Below are positions 19,096 through 29,405 of a stretch of DNA of 40,023 bases, in pieces. Numbering within the stretch: the stretch's first letter is position 1; every line of letters begins with the position of its first letter. The stretch comes from Clostridia bacterium (GTDB lineage: Bacteria > Bacillota > Clostridia > HGM11514): assembly GCA_045586685.1 (NCBI GenBank), contig JAZNAU010000043.1, forward strand, positions 1 to 40,023, in the 5' to 3' direction. The notes beneath the pieces are model-generated. The model worked only from the letters and a program-made list of their open reading frames with translations, was not told where the DNA came from and ran no database searches. The translations under genes were made by a program, and so were the position numbers.

Positions 19096-20067
19096 TCACA
19101 GCCTTTCTTTCATTACTTGACATAAATTGTTTCCAAAATGGAGAAATCCATCACCGTTTGGATGAAGTCCGTCCGTAAAAAAGGCTTCATCGTGAGGAAT
19201 CATATCCTGACAGTCAATCACCTTCATATTAGGATAAAAGGCTGCCACACGGGCAATGTTTTCACGAATGTTCTGCAAATTCCCCCTTTTCATGGACTGC
19301 ATTTCATCTACACGCCAGACAGGAAGCAGAATGAAGGTGGGAACGGTAGAATAAAGAGCATCAATTTTTTTAAGATATGCCGCACAGTTTTTTAAGAAGG
19401 TGGACATATTTTCCGTTTTTCCCGCACTCCAATCGTTGGTGCCCAGTGCCACCGTTACCAAATCAGGGGTGGAAATGGACTCCATCCCCTTTAAGGTTCC
19501 TTCTTGAAAATGAATTCCGCTAACCCCAAAATTCCAATGCTCCATAGCAAGACAACGGGCAAGCTGAGCCGGATAGGTATTTGCCGGATTTTCTCCTGTC
19601 ATGCCCTGAGTAATGGAATCTCCAAATGCATAATACCGTTTTTGCAAAGGTGCTATGGGGTTGGCGTTGCCGTCTGCCACTGCACTTTTTATTACAAAAG
19701 AAAGCAGATGAGGGAAATAAACAACCACCTGATGGATTTGTCCGTCTAAGGAAATGGTAACGGGTTTTTGTAAGTCTTCGGGTAAAAGAGAAATGACGGG
19801 CTGTAATTGTCCGTCAATTACCAGACCAAAGCTTGCAAAAGGTGTATCCGCCTCTGAAATTTCCAAAGAAAAGGTAAGGGAGGTTGCATCTGTTTCTGCT
19901 TCCAAACGGATTCCTGCGAAACTATGGGCGCGCATGCTCCTCCGTTCGCCTTCTTCTTTGTACCATTCAAGTGTTTCTTTTGGTAACCGGGTCAGAAAAA
20001 CACCATTTTCTCTTTCTTCCCAGTCGATAATTCCATGAAAAAAGGAAGGGTTGCATAAATCTGTCAT
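19096..20067 (-). CDS. SGNH/GDSL hydrolase (esterase)
   Basis: FGDSITQG, NFGVSG, GTND and DGLHP blocks. Confidence 0.88.
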   Translation of the reverse strand: MTDLCNPSFFHGIIDWEERENGVFLTRLPKETLEWYKEEGERRSMRAHSFAGIRLEAETDATSLTFSLEISEADTPFASFGLVIDGQLQPVISLLPEDLQKPVTISLDGQIHQVVVYFPHLLSFVIKSAVADGNANPIAPLQKRYYAFGDSITQGMTGENPANTYPAQLARCLAMEHWNFGVSGIHFQEGTLKGMESISTPDLVTVALGTNDWSAGKTENMSTFLKNCAAYLKKIDALYSTVPTFILLPVWRVDEMQSMKRGNLQNIRENIARVAAFYPNMKVIDCQDMIPHDEAFFTDGLHPNGDGFLHFGNNLCQVMKERL

Positions 20068-20705
20068 GCCGTTGGTTCCTCCTGCCTTTTAATTTTATAA
20101 GAAAGGGTCATAAGACTGTCTGTTAAATGTACATTTTCCAGTGCAACAGAAGAGGGGAGATCCAAATCCACGTAAGAGAAATTTAAAATTCCCCGAATCC
20201 CACAGTTAGCCAGACGTTTTGCCACATCGGCACTTGCCTCCTTGGGCAAGGTCAGAATTGCCACCTGCACTTCGTTTTCTGCCATAAATTCTTCCAGACG
20301 ATCAATGTGATACACCGGTGCACCGCCAATGGTCTGACCGACTAATTCAAGATTGATATCAAAAAGGGCAACCACAGAAAATCCGCGCCGTGCCAAAGCC
20401 GGATAATTGGCAAGAGCTTGACCCAGTTTTCCTCCGCCGATAATAATGGTTGCATTTTGGGTTCGCACTCCTAAAATTTCTCCGATCTCATAGTATAAAT
20501 ACTCTACATTGTAGCCGTATCCTTGTTGTCCAAATCCACCAAAGAAATTCAAATCCTGTCGGATTTGCGAGGCGGTGACCCCCATTTTTTTACTTAATTC
20601 TCCCGAAGAAATCCGATAAACTCCGTCACGCAACAGGTCGCTCAGATACCGATAGTATCGGGGTAACCGTTTAATTGTTGCCATAGGTACTTTTTTCTCA
20701 CTCAC
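20064..20705 (-). CDS. rex: Redox-sensing transcriptional repressor Rex
   Basis: ATIKRLPRYYRYL, SQIRQDLN.FG.FG..GYGY and Rossmann GGGKLG; GTG start after RBS AGGAGG. Confidence 0.97.
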   Translation of the reverse strand: MSEKKVPMATIKRLPRYYRYLSDLLRDGVYRISSGELSKKMGVTASQIRQDLNFFGGFGQQGYGYNVEYLYYEIGEILGVRTQNATIIIGGGKLGQALANYPALARRGFSVVALFDINLELVGQTIGGAPVYHIDRLEEFMAENEVQVAILTLPKEASADVAKRLANCGIRGILNFSYVDLDLPSSVALENVHLTDSLMTLSYKIKRQEEPTA

Positions 20706-20780
20706 TGAGGCTCCTCCTAACTGTTATGGAAACTTCTTTTTTTGTAATTTTTTTATAAAAATATCGTTTATACCCTATAT

Positions 20781-21008
20781 CTTGTGGTTAAAAAAAATGA
20801 ACCACAAGAAAACAGAATTGCTAAAAAACAGCCGTTTTTTGCAAAAGTAATCAACATGTCCACAAAGTTATCCACATTAAAAGGGTGAACTTTCCTTGTT
20901 TTTTTAAAGTTATCCACATTTTTTCTTTTAATTCTTTTCCAGTTTCTTGAATAAATATTCAAAAAACGGGAATTTTAACATCCTTTTATTTCCATTTTTT
21001 GTGGTTTA
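20781..21008. promoter_or_regulatory. DnaA-box cluster in the tsaD-rex intergenic region
   Basis: Perfect TTATCCACA at 20868-20876 and 20910-20918; boxes with 1-2 mismatches at 20783 (rc), 20798, 20848, 20856 and 21000 (rc); AT-rich surroundings. Confidence 0.72.
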
Positions 21009-21015
21009 CATAACG

Positions 21016-22011
21016 TTATAACGACAAGGTGGCAAAAGCATTTTCATTCAAAGCACAAAAGTCTCCTTTTTGTGCCATAAAAAATCCTGCCGTACCCACC
21101 ATAACGCCGTTATCGGTACAAAATCTTGGGCGAGGACAAAGAAAGGTAAATCCTTGTTCCCCACAAGCATCAGTAAATCGTTGCCGTAAATAACGATTGG
21201 CAGAAACGCCCCCTGCCATGACAACGGTTTTTACGCCCTTGGTCCTTGCTGCTGCCAAAGTATGGGAAACTAAAACGTCCGCTGCCGCACATTGAAAGGA
21301 TGCTGCCACATCTGCTTTATTGATAGGCTCTCCTTTTTGTTCAGCTTTGTGCATGGTGTTAATTACCGCTGTTTTTACCCCGCTGAAGCTGAAATCAAAA
21401 TTATCAAATTGAACTCTTGGAAAATCATAAGCAAGGGGATTTCCTTCCTGAGCCAACTGCTCCAGCATTGGGCCTCCCGGATATCCAAGGCCAAGGGTTC
21501 TTGCTACTTTGTCAAAGGCTTCCCCTGCTGCATCGTCACGGGTTCTTCCCAATATTTCAAACTCCACCCAATCGGAAGCATACACGATATGACTGTGTCC
21601 TCCCGATGCAACCAACCCTACATAGGGAGGGGTCAGGTCAGGGTGTTCAATATAATTGGCTGCTAAATGTGCTTTAATATGATGCACCGCAACCAATGGT
21701 TTTTTTAAGGCATATGCCAACGCTTTTGCATAGGAAACACCCACCAACAAAGCTCCGATTAAGCCGGGTCCGTAGGTGACGGCAATGGCATCAATCTCAT
21801 GAAAAGTAGTATTTGCCTGAGACAAAGCCTCGTTTACCACTTGAGAAATACATTCCAGATGTTTTCTGGATGCAATTTCAGGAACCACGCCGCCGTATAA
21901 TTTATGCAATTCTGCGGATGATGCGATAATGTCACTCAGCACGTTTCTTCCATTTTCCACGACTGCTGCTGCGGTTTCGTCACAAGAAGATTCAATCGCC
22001 AGAATTCTCAT
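21016..22011 (-). CDS. tsaD: tRNA N6-adenosine threonylcarbamoyltransferase TsaD
   Basis: ILAIESSCDET, GGVVPEIASRKH, HHIKAH, SGGHS and DDAAGEAFDK motifs. Confidence 0.97.
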   Translation of the reverse strand: MRILAIESSCDETAAAVVENGRNVLSDIIASSAELHKLYGGVVPEIASRKHLECISQVVNEALSQANTTFHEIDAIAVTYGPGLIGALLVGVSYAKALAYALKKPLVAVHHIKAHLAANYIEHPDLTPPYVGLVASGGHSHIVYASDWVEFEILGRTRDDAAGEAFDKVARTLGLGYPGGPMLEQLAQEGNPLAYDFPRVQFDNFDFSFSGVKTAVINTMHKAEQKGEPINKADVAASFQCAAADVLVSHTLAAARTKGVKTVVMAGGVSANRYLRQRFTDACGEQGFTFLCPRPRFCTDNGVMVGTAGFFMAQKGDFCALNENAFATLSL

Positions 22012-22444
22012 TTTGTTCCCTCCATTGCATAATCATTGCAGTTTCTCCGTCTCTGTAATATCCTTTTCTAACGGCAATTTCTTTAAATCCAAGAGCTTGA
22101 TACAGTCCTCTTGCTGATGAGTTGCTGACACGCACTTCAAGAAAAACAACCTCTGCCCCTAATTTCATTGCCTGTTTCATAGCCGCCAAAGTCAGTTGTT
22201 TGCCAATCCCCTTTTTTCTGTATTCGGGAAGAACAGCCACTTGCAATACGGTGCCTTCCCCTGCAATGACAGACAACAAGCAAAAGCCCACCGTTGTTTC
22301 TCCAAAGTTTGCTCCAAGACAAATGGTGTGCTCAGACTCCAGCTCTGCCAAAAGGGATTCTGTTGACCAAGGAGGAGAAAAGCATTCCTGCTCAATTTCA
22401 TAAAGTTGTTGTAAATGTTCCTTTGTCGCTTTAAAAATTAACAT
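21992..22444 (-). CDS. rimI: Ribosomal-protein-alanine N-acetyltransferase RimI
   Basis: VAVLPEYRKKGIG, LEVRVSN..A..LY...GF....RKGYY; upstream of tsaD. Confidence 0.9.
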   Translation of the reverse strand: MLIFKATKEHLQQLYEIEQECFSPPWSTESLLAELESEHTICLGANFGETTVGFCLLSVIAGEGTVLQVAVLPEYRKKGIGKQLTLAAMKQAMKLGAEVVFLEVRVSNSSARGLYQALGFKEIAVRKGYYRDGETAMIMQWREQNENSGD

Positions 22445-22842
22445 AATTCTCTCCGAATACAGCGTTCAATTTCGTTACAACAGGACAAATACTGTTGCAA
22501 CGAGCCGCCATAAGGATCTGAAATGTCCTGTTCTCCGCCTAAAAGACGGATTTTATCGGCATATTCGGGGCAGACAGTAATCAAAATCTTTTTGTGCATA
22601 TTGGTCATCACAAAAACCGCGTCTGCCTCCTCCACATCCTTGGGAGTAATCTGATAAGACAGATGTGAAAAGCCGGTAATTCCAAGGGATTCCAATGCCA
22701 TAAGAGCATATTCGCTCACAGGCTGAGGAGCACAAACTCCCAATCCTCCCGATTTTGCTTTTTTTCCTGTAATATGCTCATAAATTGCCTGCGCCATTGG
22801 ACTTCTGCAGGTATTTCCGGTACAAACAAATAAAACATTCAT
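22438..22842 (-). CDS. ywlE: Low-molecular-weight protein (arginine/tyrosine) phosphatase
   Basis: VCTGNTCRSPMA P-loop and DISDPYG; follows sua5, as ywlE follows ywlC in Bacillus. Confidence 0.82.
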   Translation of the reverse strand: MNVLFVCTGNTCRSPMAQAIYEHITGKKAKSGGLGVCAPQPVSEYALMALESLGITGFSHLSYQITPKDVEEADAVFVMTNMHKKILITVCPEYADKIRLLGGEQDISDPYGGSLQQYLSCCNEIERCIRRELC

Positions 22843-23885
22843 TAGTTTACCTCTACAATTTCGTATCCTGCTGCTTTGTTCAATCGATTGGAAATGGCAA
22901 GACCGATTCCCGTTTCACCGCAGTCCTGAGCATACACCACCTCTGCTCCTTGCTCATCAAAGGTACGCAGATAAGAAAACAAATGGGCAGCTGCAGAGGA
23001 ACGGTGGTGAATATCCCCTAAAGATAACAGCACATCTGCTTGGAGAATATGGGGCAAAATCTGGTGATACACCATGGCGCCCACTTTTTTTCCCAAACTA
23101 TGCTGATTTTTAATTTGCTGATTGATATAGCGGATTAACGCCTCATCAGTTCCTTTTACCACAATTACTTGGGCATTGGGGGAATAATGAGGATATTTCA
23201 TTCCCGGTGCAATAGCGGTAATATCGCCTGATAACTGCTCGGTCACGCTTTGCCCTAACTGAACCTCTCCCAAAGTTTCACAAAGCTGTTCATAGGTAAT
23301 TTTTCCCGGACGAAGAAGAACGGGAATGTCACCGCTTACATCCACAATGGTAGATTCTAATCCTACAGCAGAACCTCCGCCGTCAATCACTGCATCAATT
23401 TTTCCAAATAAATCGTCAATGACGTGCCTTGCAGTGGTAGGACTTGGCTTTCCTGAGGTGTTGGCAGAGGGTGCCGCAACAGGAACGCCTGCCATAGAAA
23501 TCAACGCCTGTGCCACAGGGTGCTTGGGAAACCGAACCCCAACGGTGGAAAGGCCTACTGTGACTTCATCGGGAACCTTTTCATTTTTGGGCAAAATCAA
23601 AGTAAGAGGACCCGGCCAGAACCGTTCCATCAATAATTTTGCTTTTTCCGGTATGTGGCTTACAATATTCTCTAATTGAGACAGGTCAGAAATATGCACA
23701 ATTAGAGGATTATCCGAGGGTCTGCCCTTGGCTTCGTATATTTTTTTCACCGCTTCTCCCAAAAGAGCATTGGCACCCAGTCCGTACACTGTTTCGGTAG
23801 GGAATGCCACCAAGCCGCCTTGACGGAGAATTTGAGCCGCCGGCTCCAGTTTATCAAACTCATCAGTTACCCGAATAATTTGCAT
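22842..23885 (-). CDS. sua5: L-threonylcarbamoyladenylate synthase (Sua5/YwlC)
   Basis: FPTETVYGLGA, KGRPSDNPLIVH, APSANTSG and PGMKY.HY linker plus SUA5 C-domain. Confidence 0.95.
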   Translation of the reverse strand: MQIIRVTDEFDKLEPAAQILRQGGLVAFPTETVYGLGANALLGEAVKKIYEAKGRPSDNPLIVHISDLSQLENIVSHIPEKAKLLMERFWPGPLTLILPKNEKVPDEVTVGLSTVGVRFPKHPVAQALISMAGVPVAAPSANTSGKPSPTTARHVIDDLFGKIDAVIDGGGSAVGLESTIVDVSGDIPVLLRPGKITYEQLCETLGEVQLGQSVTEQLSGDITAIAPGMKYPHYSPNAQVIVVKGTDEALIRYINQQIKNQHSLGKKVGAMVYHQILPHILQADVLLSLGDIHHRSSAAAHLFSYLRTFDEQGAEVVYAQDCGETGIGLAISNRLNKAAGYEIVEVN

Positions 23886-23908
23886 GCCATTTTATTTCCT
23901 TTCTGTTT

Positions 23909-24979
23909 TTATTCTTGAGAGGATGCCAGTTTTCTGCTCTGGTCCTCTGTAATCAGAGCGTCAATAATTTCGTCCAGAGTACCGCCTAAAACGGCTTCCA
24001 ATTTATGAAGAGTCAACCCGATTCTATGGTCGGTCACACGGCCCTGAGGGAAGTTATACGTTCTGATTCGCTCACTGCGGTCTCCTGTCCCTACCTGACT
24101 TTTCCGCTCTGCCGCAATTTCCGCGTGTTGCCTGGATTGTTCTTCCTCGTAAACACGGGAACGCAAAATTTTCATTGCTTTATCTTTATTTTTATGTTGT
24201 GATTTTTCATCCTGACAGGAAACAACGATTCCTGTGGGAAGGTGAGTAATCCGTACAGCTGAGTCTGTGGTGTTTACACACTGCCCCCCCGGCCCACCCG
24301 CACGGAACACGTCAATCCGCAGGTCGTTAGGATTGATTTCTACTTCCACTTCCTCCACCTCGGGCAGAACGGCAACCGTTACGGTAGAGGTGTGAATCCG
24401 TCCGCCTGATTCCGTAGCGGGAATTCTTTGCACACGGTGAACTCCGCTTTCAAACTTCAATTTGCTGTATGCTCCTGCGCCTTCAATGCTGAAGGAAACT
24501 TCCTTGTATCCCCCAATATCTGTTGGGCTGGAAGAAAGGACTTCGCTTTTCCACCGCTTGCTTTCTGCATACAGGGCATACATCCGAAACAGCTCTGCTG
24601 CGAAGAGCGCCGCTTCATCTCCTCCCGCACCGCCACGGATTTCAATAATAACGTTCTTACTGTCGTTGGGGTCTTTGGGAAGGAGCAGAATTTTCAGCTC
24701 TTCTGACAAGCTGTCAATGGTTTCCTTTGCTTCCTCCAGCTGGAGCTGTGCCATTTGCTTTAATTCCCCGTCCGACTCTTCCCGAAGAATTTCTTCCGCT
24801 TCCTCTGCTTCCTGCTTTGCCTGACGGTAGCTCCGATAGGCTTCTACAATGGGACTGAGCTCTGCATGCTCACGCATCAATTTCTGCCAACGGGATTGGT
24901 CGGCAATGACCGATGGGTCATTTATTTTTTCACTTAAATCCAGAAACCTTGTTTCCAGACCTGCTAATTTATCAAACAT
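23909..24979 (-). CDS. prfA: Peptide chain release factor 1
   Basis: PAT anticodon tripeptide (RIPATE), GGQ motif, [10 protein letters not shown]. Confidence 0.97.
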   Translation of the reverse strand: MFDKLAGLETRFLDLSEKINDPSVIADQSRWQKLMREHAELSPIVEAYRSYRQAKQEAEEAEEILREESDGELKQMAQLQLEEAKETIDSLSEELKILLLPKDPNDSKNVIIEIRGGAGGDEAALFAAELFRMYALYAESKRWKSEVLSSSPTDIGGYKEVSFSIEGAGAYSKLKFESGVHRVQRIPATESGGRIHTSTVTVAVLPEVEEVEVEINPNDLRIDVFRAGGPGGQCVNTTDSAVRITHLPTGIVVSCQDEKSQHKNKDKAMKILRSRVYEEEQSRQHAEIAAERKSQVGTGDRSERIRTYNFPQGRVTDHRIGLTLHKLEAVLGGTLDEIIDALITEDQSRKLASSQE

Positions 24980-24990
24980 GGTTATTCTCC

Positions 24991-26095
24991 CTAGTTTACA
25001 TTTTGTTTCAGATAGGCATTGACAAAACCGTCCAGATCCCCGTCCATGACAGCGCCGATGTTGCCCATTTCAAACCCTGTACGATGGTCCTTGACCAGAT
25101 TGTAGGGATGGAACACGTAAGAGCGAATCTGACTGCCCCAGGCGATTTCTTTTTGTTCGCCCTTCAAATCCTCTATCTTTTCCTTGTTTTCCTGTTCCTT
25201 TAATTCCATCAGCTTTGCCATCAGCATTTTCATGGCAATGTCACGGTTTTTGTGCTGTGAGCGCTCGTTCTGACAAGCCACTACAATTCCTGTTGGAATA
25301 TGGGTAATGCGGATGGCAGAGTCGGTTTTGTTAATGTGCTGACCCCCCGCACCGCTGGAACGGTAAGTATCTACTTTTAAATCATCCTGATTGATGTCGA
25401 TTTTCACATCATCGTCAAGCTCAGGCATCACTTCTAAAGAAGCAAAAGAGGTATGCCTCCGTCCTGAGGCATCAAAAGGAGAGATACGCACCAAACGGTG
25501 CACTCCCTTTTCCGCTTTTGAATAGCCATACGCATTTAAGCCTGAAATCATAAAGGTAACACTCTTGATTCCTGCTTCATCTCCCGCAAGATAATCCAGC
25601 GTTTCTGTAGTAAATCCCCGACGTTCTGCCCAGCGGACATACATACGGAACAGCATTTCAGCCCAGTCCTGAGCCTCCGTTCCCCCTGCACCTGCATGAA
25701 GGGTCAAAATAGCGTTATTTTTATCATAGGGACCGGACAGCAGGGTATCCAGCTTCATCTGCTCCAGCTTTGCAACCAGAGAAGAAACCCCGCTTTTTAC
25801 TTCATCCAAAACGGATAAATCTTCTTCTTCATCTGCCATTTCCACCAAAACGGTCAAATCCTGCCAGCTGTTGTCTAACTCTTCAAATGCGGCAACGCGG
25901 TCCTTTAAGCCCTTGGTTTTTTGCAGAATTTTTGAGGAATTTTCCATATCATCCCAAAAGCCGGGTTGAACGGTTTGTTCTTCCAATGCGACAATCTGCT
26001 TTTTTAAGCCTGCAACGTCAAAGTGAATCCCTCAAATCATTGATATCTTGTTCCATGCCCGCCAAAGTCAAGCGGGATTCATCGAATTCTAACAT
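24991..26095 (-). CDS. prfB: Peptide chain release factor 2, with programmed +1 frameshift (about 367 aa)
   Basis: SPF and GGQ motifs; true start ATG 26095 ([25 protein letters not shown]), then CTT TGA C at 26023-26017 and +1 continuation [15 protein letters not shown]... Confidence 0.96.
26017..26032 (-). promoter_or_regulatory. prfB +1 frameshift signal
   Basis: AGGGAT-TCA-CTT-TGA-C: internal SD-like sequence 3 nt before the slippery CTT TGA C. Confidence 0.93.
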
Positions 26096-26130
26096 AGTAT
26101 CAACTCCTTTTGTTCAATGGTTTTATTGTT

Positions 26131-28878
26131 TTATTCTTCATTTGTTGCTCCGCAGCATTTTTTGTATTTTTTTCCCGAGCCACAGGGACAAGGGTCATTT
26201 CTTCCTACCTTCGGAGCTTTCACAACGGTACGGCTTCCCTTATCCGCTCCCACTGCTCCGTGAGAGCTTTCAACGGGGGAGGCAACCTGTTCTCTCTGAA
26301 TATTTTGCTTGATTCGTACGCGGAACGCCATCTCCACCATTTCACGGCGGATATTGTCATTCATTTCATCAAACATATCCGACCCTTCCATTTGGTATTC
26401 CACAAGGGGGTCATGCTGGGCAAAGGCTCGAAGGAAAATGCCCTGTTTGAGCTGTTCCATGTTTTCAATATGCTCAATCCAGTTTTTATCTACAATTTGC
26501 AGTAAAATCACCCGTTCAAATTCACGCAAAACCTCGGGTCCTGCCTCTTGTTCCTTTTTGTCATAAGCCTGGTAGGCTTCCTCCACCAAGGTGTTAATCA
26601 GGGTTTCTTTGGTAAGCTCCTGAATTTCCTGCTTGGTAAAGGTCAGTTGACCCGGTTCTAAAAAGAGGGTTTCAAAATGCTCAGTGATGGCTTTTAAATC
26701 CCATTCTTCAGGGTAGTTGCTTTGCGCGGTGTGCATCTGAACAAAATCCCCAATGACATCCCGCATCATCCGTTTTACATTATCGTGAATATCCGCACAA
26801 TCCAACACCTGTTGACGCTGGGAATATACTTTTTGACGTTGTACATTTAACACATCATCATAATTTAATACGTTTTTACGAATGTCAAAGTTTCTGCCCT
26901 CCACTCTCCGCTGGGCAGATTCAATTTGTTTGGTAAGCAATCCGTTTTCGATTGCTTCATCCTCTTTTAATCCCAGGGCATCCACCATGGTTTTCATTTT
27001 ATCCGAGCCGAACAGGCGCATCAGGTCGTCATCCAAGGACAGATAAAATCTTGATTGACCGGGGTCGCCCTGACGGCCGGAACGACCTCTCAGCTGATTG
27101 TCAATCCGTCGGCTTTCGTGCCGTTCGGTGCCGATGATAGAAAGACCGCCTGCCTCAATTACCGCATCCCGTTCCGGTTTTAATTCTTCTTTATATTTTT
27201 TGGTCAGCTCATGAAAGGTTTTTCTTGCCTCCAACACTTCTTCGTCTGTGGTCACTCCGTTTCCGTCCGCCTCCAGAATAGCACTTTCCGAAAACCCTAA
27301 CCGTTTTAATTCACTTCTTGCCATAAATTCAGCATTACCGCCCAGTACAATATCGGTTCCTCTTCCTGCCATGTTGGTGGCAATGGTGACCGCACCGGGT
27401 TTTCCCGCCTGGGCAACAATCTGAGCTTCCCGTTCGTGGTGCTTTGCGTTTAATACCTCATGCTTAATCCCCGCCCGCTTTAATTCCCGGCTCAAAAGTT
27501 CGGATTTTTCAATGGAAATGGTACCCACCAGCACAGGCTGACCCTTTTGATGGGTTTTTATAATATCCTGAATCACCGCTTGAAATTTACCCGCCTCGTT
27601 TTTGTAAATCAAGTCGGGTAAGTCCTTTCTTGCCACAGGCTTATTGGTGGGAATTGCCACTACGTCCAGCTTGTAAATTTGTTGAAATTCCGTTTCTTCT
27701 GTCTGGGCAGTCCCCGTCATACCCGACAGCTTTTCATACAATCTGAAATAATTCTGAAAGGTAATGGTCGCCAGCGTTTTGTTTTCGTTTTCAATTTTCA
27801 CGTGTTCCTTTGCTTCGATTGCCTGATGCAGACCCTCACTGTACCGTCTGCCGTTCATAATACGGCCTGTAAATTCATCAACAATCAGCACTTGCCCGTC
27901 TTTTACCACATAGTCAATGTCCCGTTGCATAATTCCGTATGCTCGAATGGCAACGTTAATGTGATGCAAAAGAGAAATGTTTTCAGGGTCGGTTAGGTTT
28001 TCCACACCAAAATACCGTTCTGCTTTTTTGGTGCCGGCGGGGGTGAGAGTTACGGTTTTTGCCTTTTCGTCTACCAGATAATCCCCTTCCATGTCGTCCT
28101 GAGATTCCTTGTTATTAAGCTCAATGACTTTGGTTCTCTGAAGACCCCGTACAAAGGCGTCTGCCTGAGTATACAATTCGCTGGATTTATCCCCTTGACC
28201 TGAAATAATCAAAGGGGTTCTGGCTTCGTCCACCAATATAGAGTCTACTTCGTCCACAATGGCAAAATAATGGCCTCTTTGCACCATACGTTCCTTGTAA
28301 ATGACGGTGTTATCTCTTAAATAATCAAAACCAAATTCGTTATTTGTGCCGTAGGTAATGTCTGCTTCATAAGCGGTTTTCCGTTCGTTTTTATCCAGTC
28401 CGTTGACAATCAGACCCACTTTCAGACCTAAAAATTCATGGATTTTTCCCATCCATTCGCTGTCACGCTTTGCCAGATAGTCGTTGACTGTTACGATATG
28501 CACGCCCTTCCCTGTTAAGGCATTTAAGTAGGAGGGCAGGGTTGCCACCAGAGTTTTCCCTTCACCGGTTTTCATTTCCGCAATTCTGCCCTGGTGCAAA
28601 ATGATACCGCCCATAAGCTGAACACGGAAAGGACGCATTCCCAGCACACGCCAAGCCGTTTCCCTTACTGTTGCAAAGGCTTCGGGAAGAATGTCATCCA
28701 AGGTTTCTCCCTTGGCAAGTCTTTCTTTGAAATAAGGGGTTTTTGCCTTTAATTCTTCGTCGGATAATCCTTTGTATTCTTCTTCAAGACTTTCAATTTT
28801 ATCTACAGTACCGGTAATCCGCTTGATTTCACGCTCTGAATAGGTGCCGATTACCTTTTCTACCATTGCTTTAAACAT
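26131..28878 (-). CDS. secA: Preprotein translocase ATPase SecA
   Basis: [29 protein letters not shown] and C-terminal SEC-C motif [18 protein letters not shown]. Confidence 0.99.
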   Translation of the reverse strand: MFKAMVEKVIGTYSEREIKRITGTVDKIESLEEEYKGLSDEELKAKTPYFKERLAKGETLDDILPEAFATVRETAWRVLGMRPFRVQLMGGIILHQGRIAEMKTGEGKTLVATLPSYLNALTGKGVHIVTVNDYLAKRDSEWMGKIHEFLGLKVGLIVNGLDKNERKTAYEADITYGTNNEFGFDYLRDNTVIYKERMVQRGHYFAIVDEVDSILVDEARTPLIISGQGDKSSELYTQADAFVRGLQRTKVIELNNKESQDDMEGDYLVDEKAKTVTLTPAGTKKAERYFGVENLTDPENISLLHHINVAIRAYGIMQRDIDYVVKDGQVLIVDEFTGRIMNGRRYSEGLHQAIEAKEHVKIENENKTLATITFQNYFRLYEKLSGMTGTAQTEETEFQQIYKLDVVAIPTNKPVARKDLPDLIYKNEAGKFQAVIQDIIKTHQKGQPVLVGTISIEKSELLSRELKRAGIKHEVLNAKHHEREAQIVAQAGKPGAVTIATNMAGRGTDIVLGGNAEFMARSELKRLGFSESAILEADGNGVTTDEEVLEARKTFHELTKKYKEELKPERDAVIEAGGLSIIGTERHESRRIDNQLRGRSGRQGDPGQSRFYLSLDDDLMRLFGSDKMKTMVDALGLKEDEAIENGLLTKQIESAQRRVEGRNFDIRKNVLNYDDVLNVQRQKVYSQRQQVLDCADIHDNVKRMMRDVIGDFVQMHTAQSNYPEEWDLKAITEHFETLFLEPGQLTFTKQEIQELTKETLINTLVEEAYQAYDKKEQEAGPEVLREFERVILLQIVDKNWIEHIENMEQLKQGIFLRAFAQHDPLVEYQMEGSDMFDEMNDNIRREMVEMAFRVRIKQNIQREQVASPVESSHGAVGADKGSRTVVKAPKVGRNDPCPCGSGKKYKKCCGATNEE

Positions 28879-28954
28879 CTGATTTCCTTTCCCTTCTCCT
28901 GCTAATTTGTTTCTTTTCTCTGCAGAATGAGAATAGATGGTATCTTATCCTATT

Positions 28955-28983
28955 ATTATACCATATTTTTTCCAATACATCAA
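28955..28983 (-). promoter_or_regulatory. sigmaA promoter of the secA operon
   Basis: TTGATG-17-TATAAT with extended TG on the minus strand. Confidence 0.6.
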
Positions 28984-29027
28984 CCAATTAGTGAAAAAAT
29001 TTTTTATAATTTTTTTATCACAAAGGG

Positions 29028-29054
29028 ACATTAAAGGATGTTTTCGCATAGTAT
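29028..29054 (+). promoter_or_regulatory. Probable sigmaK (or sigmaE) sporulation promoter
   Basis: ACA-N16-CATAGTAT matches the sigmaK consensus (AC-N16/17-CATAnnnT). Confidence 0.55.
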
Positions 29055-29081
29055 GGAGGTGTACCCGGAGGTGATACCACA

Positions 29082-29339
29082 ATGACAAATTATTATGCGA
29101 ACACAAATGAATGCTGTAACAGAAGAATATGCTGTGAATGGATTCCGTTCATTATTTTCGCAGTATTGTTTACCTTTGTATTGGGCTTGATTATCGGTGC
29201 AACGATGCTGGTAGCAACCATTGGCGAAAATCTGATTGCATTTATCATTCTTGCAGTAATTTTATTCGTGCTTGCGGCGGTTGCGTTAATTGTGCGACTG
29301 TGCAGTTGCAGAAGAAGACAGCAGAATCCTTGTGAATAA
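29082..29339 (+). CDS. Small two-TM membrane protein with Cys-rich termini (hypothetical, probably sporulation-related)
   Basis: Strong RBS GGAGGTG; two hydrophobic helices; CC..CC N-terminus and CSC...C C-terminus; own terminator. Confidence 0.75.
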   Translation: MTNYYANTNECCNRRICCEWIPFIIFAVLFTFVLGLIIGATMLVATIGENLIAFIILAVILFVLAAVALIVRLCSCRRRQQNPCE

Positions 29340-29347
29340 TCGTACAG

Positions 29348-29383
29348 AACGGCTGTGGCAAATTTTTTGCCACAGCCGTTTTT
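29348..29383. terminator. Bidirectional intrinsic terminator
   Basis: AACGGCTGTGGCAAA-ttt-TTTGCCACAGCCGTT plus T-run. Confidence 0.85.
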
Positions 29384-29405
29384 GCTGTATCTGATCTGTG
29401 CATTT

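Noticed and set aside
20706-21015. oriC call, and a Rex operator upstream of rex
   Set aside because: No dnaA/dnaN, strand switch or visible DnaA-trio repeat. The best Rex-like site (TTGTAAT-TTTT-TTATAAA near 20742) has about 4 mismatches to the consensus.
24991-26095. prfB pseudogene or sequencing error
   Set aside because: The break is the canonical CTT-TGA-C programmed frameshift.
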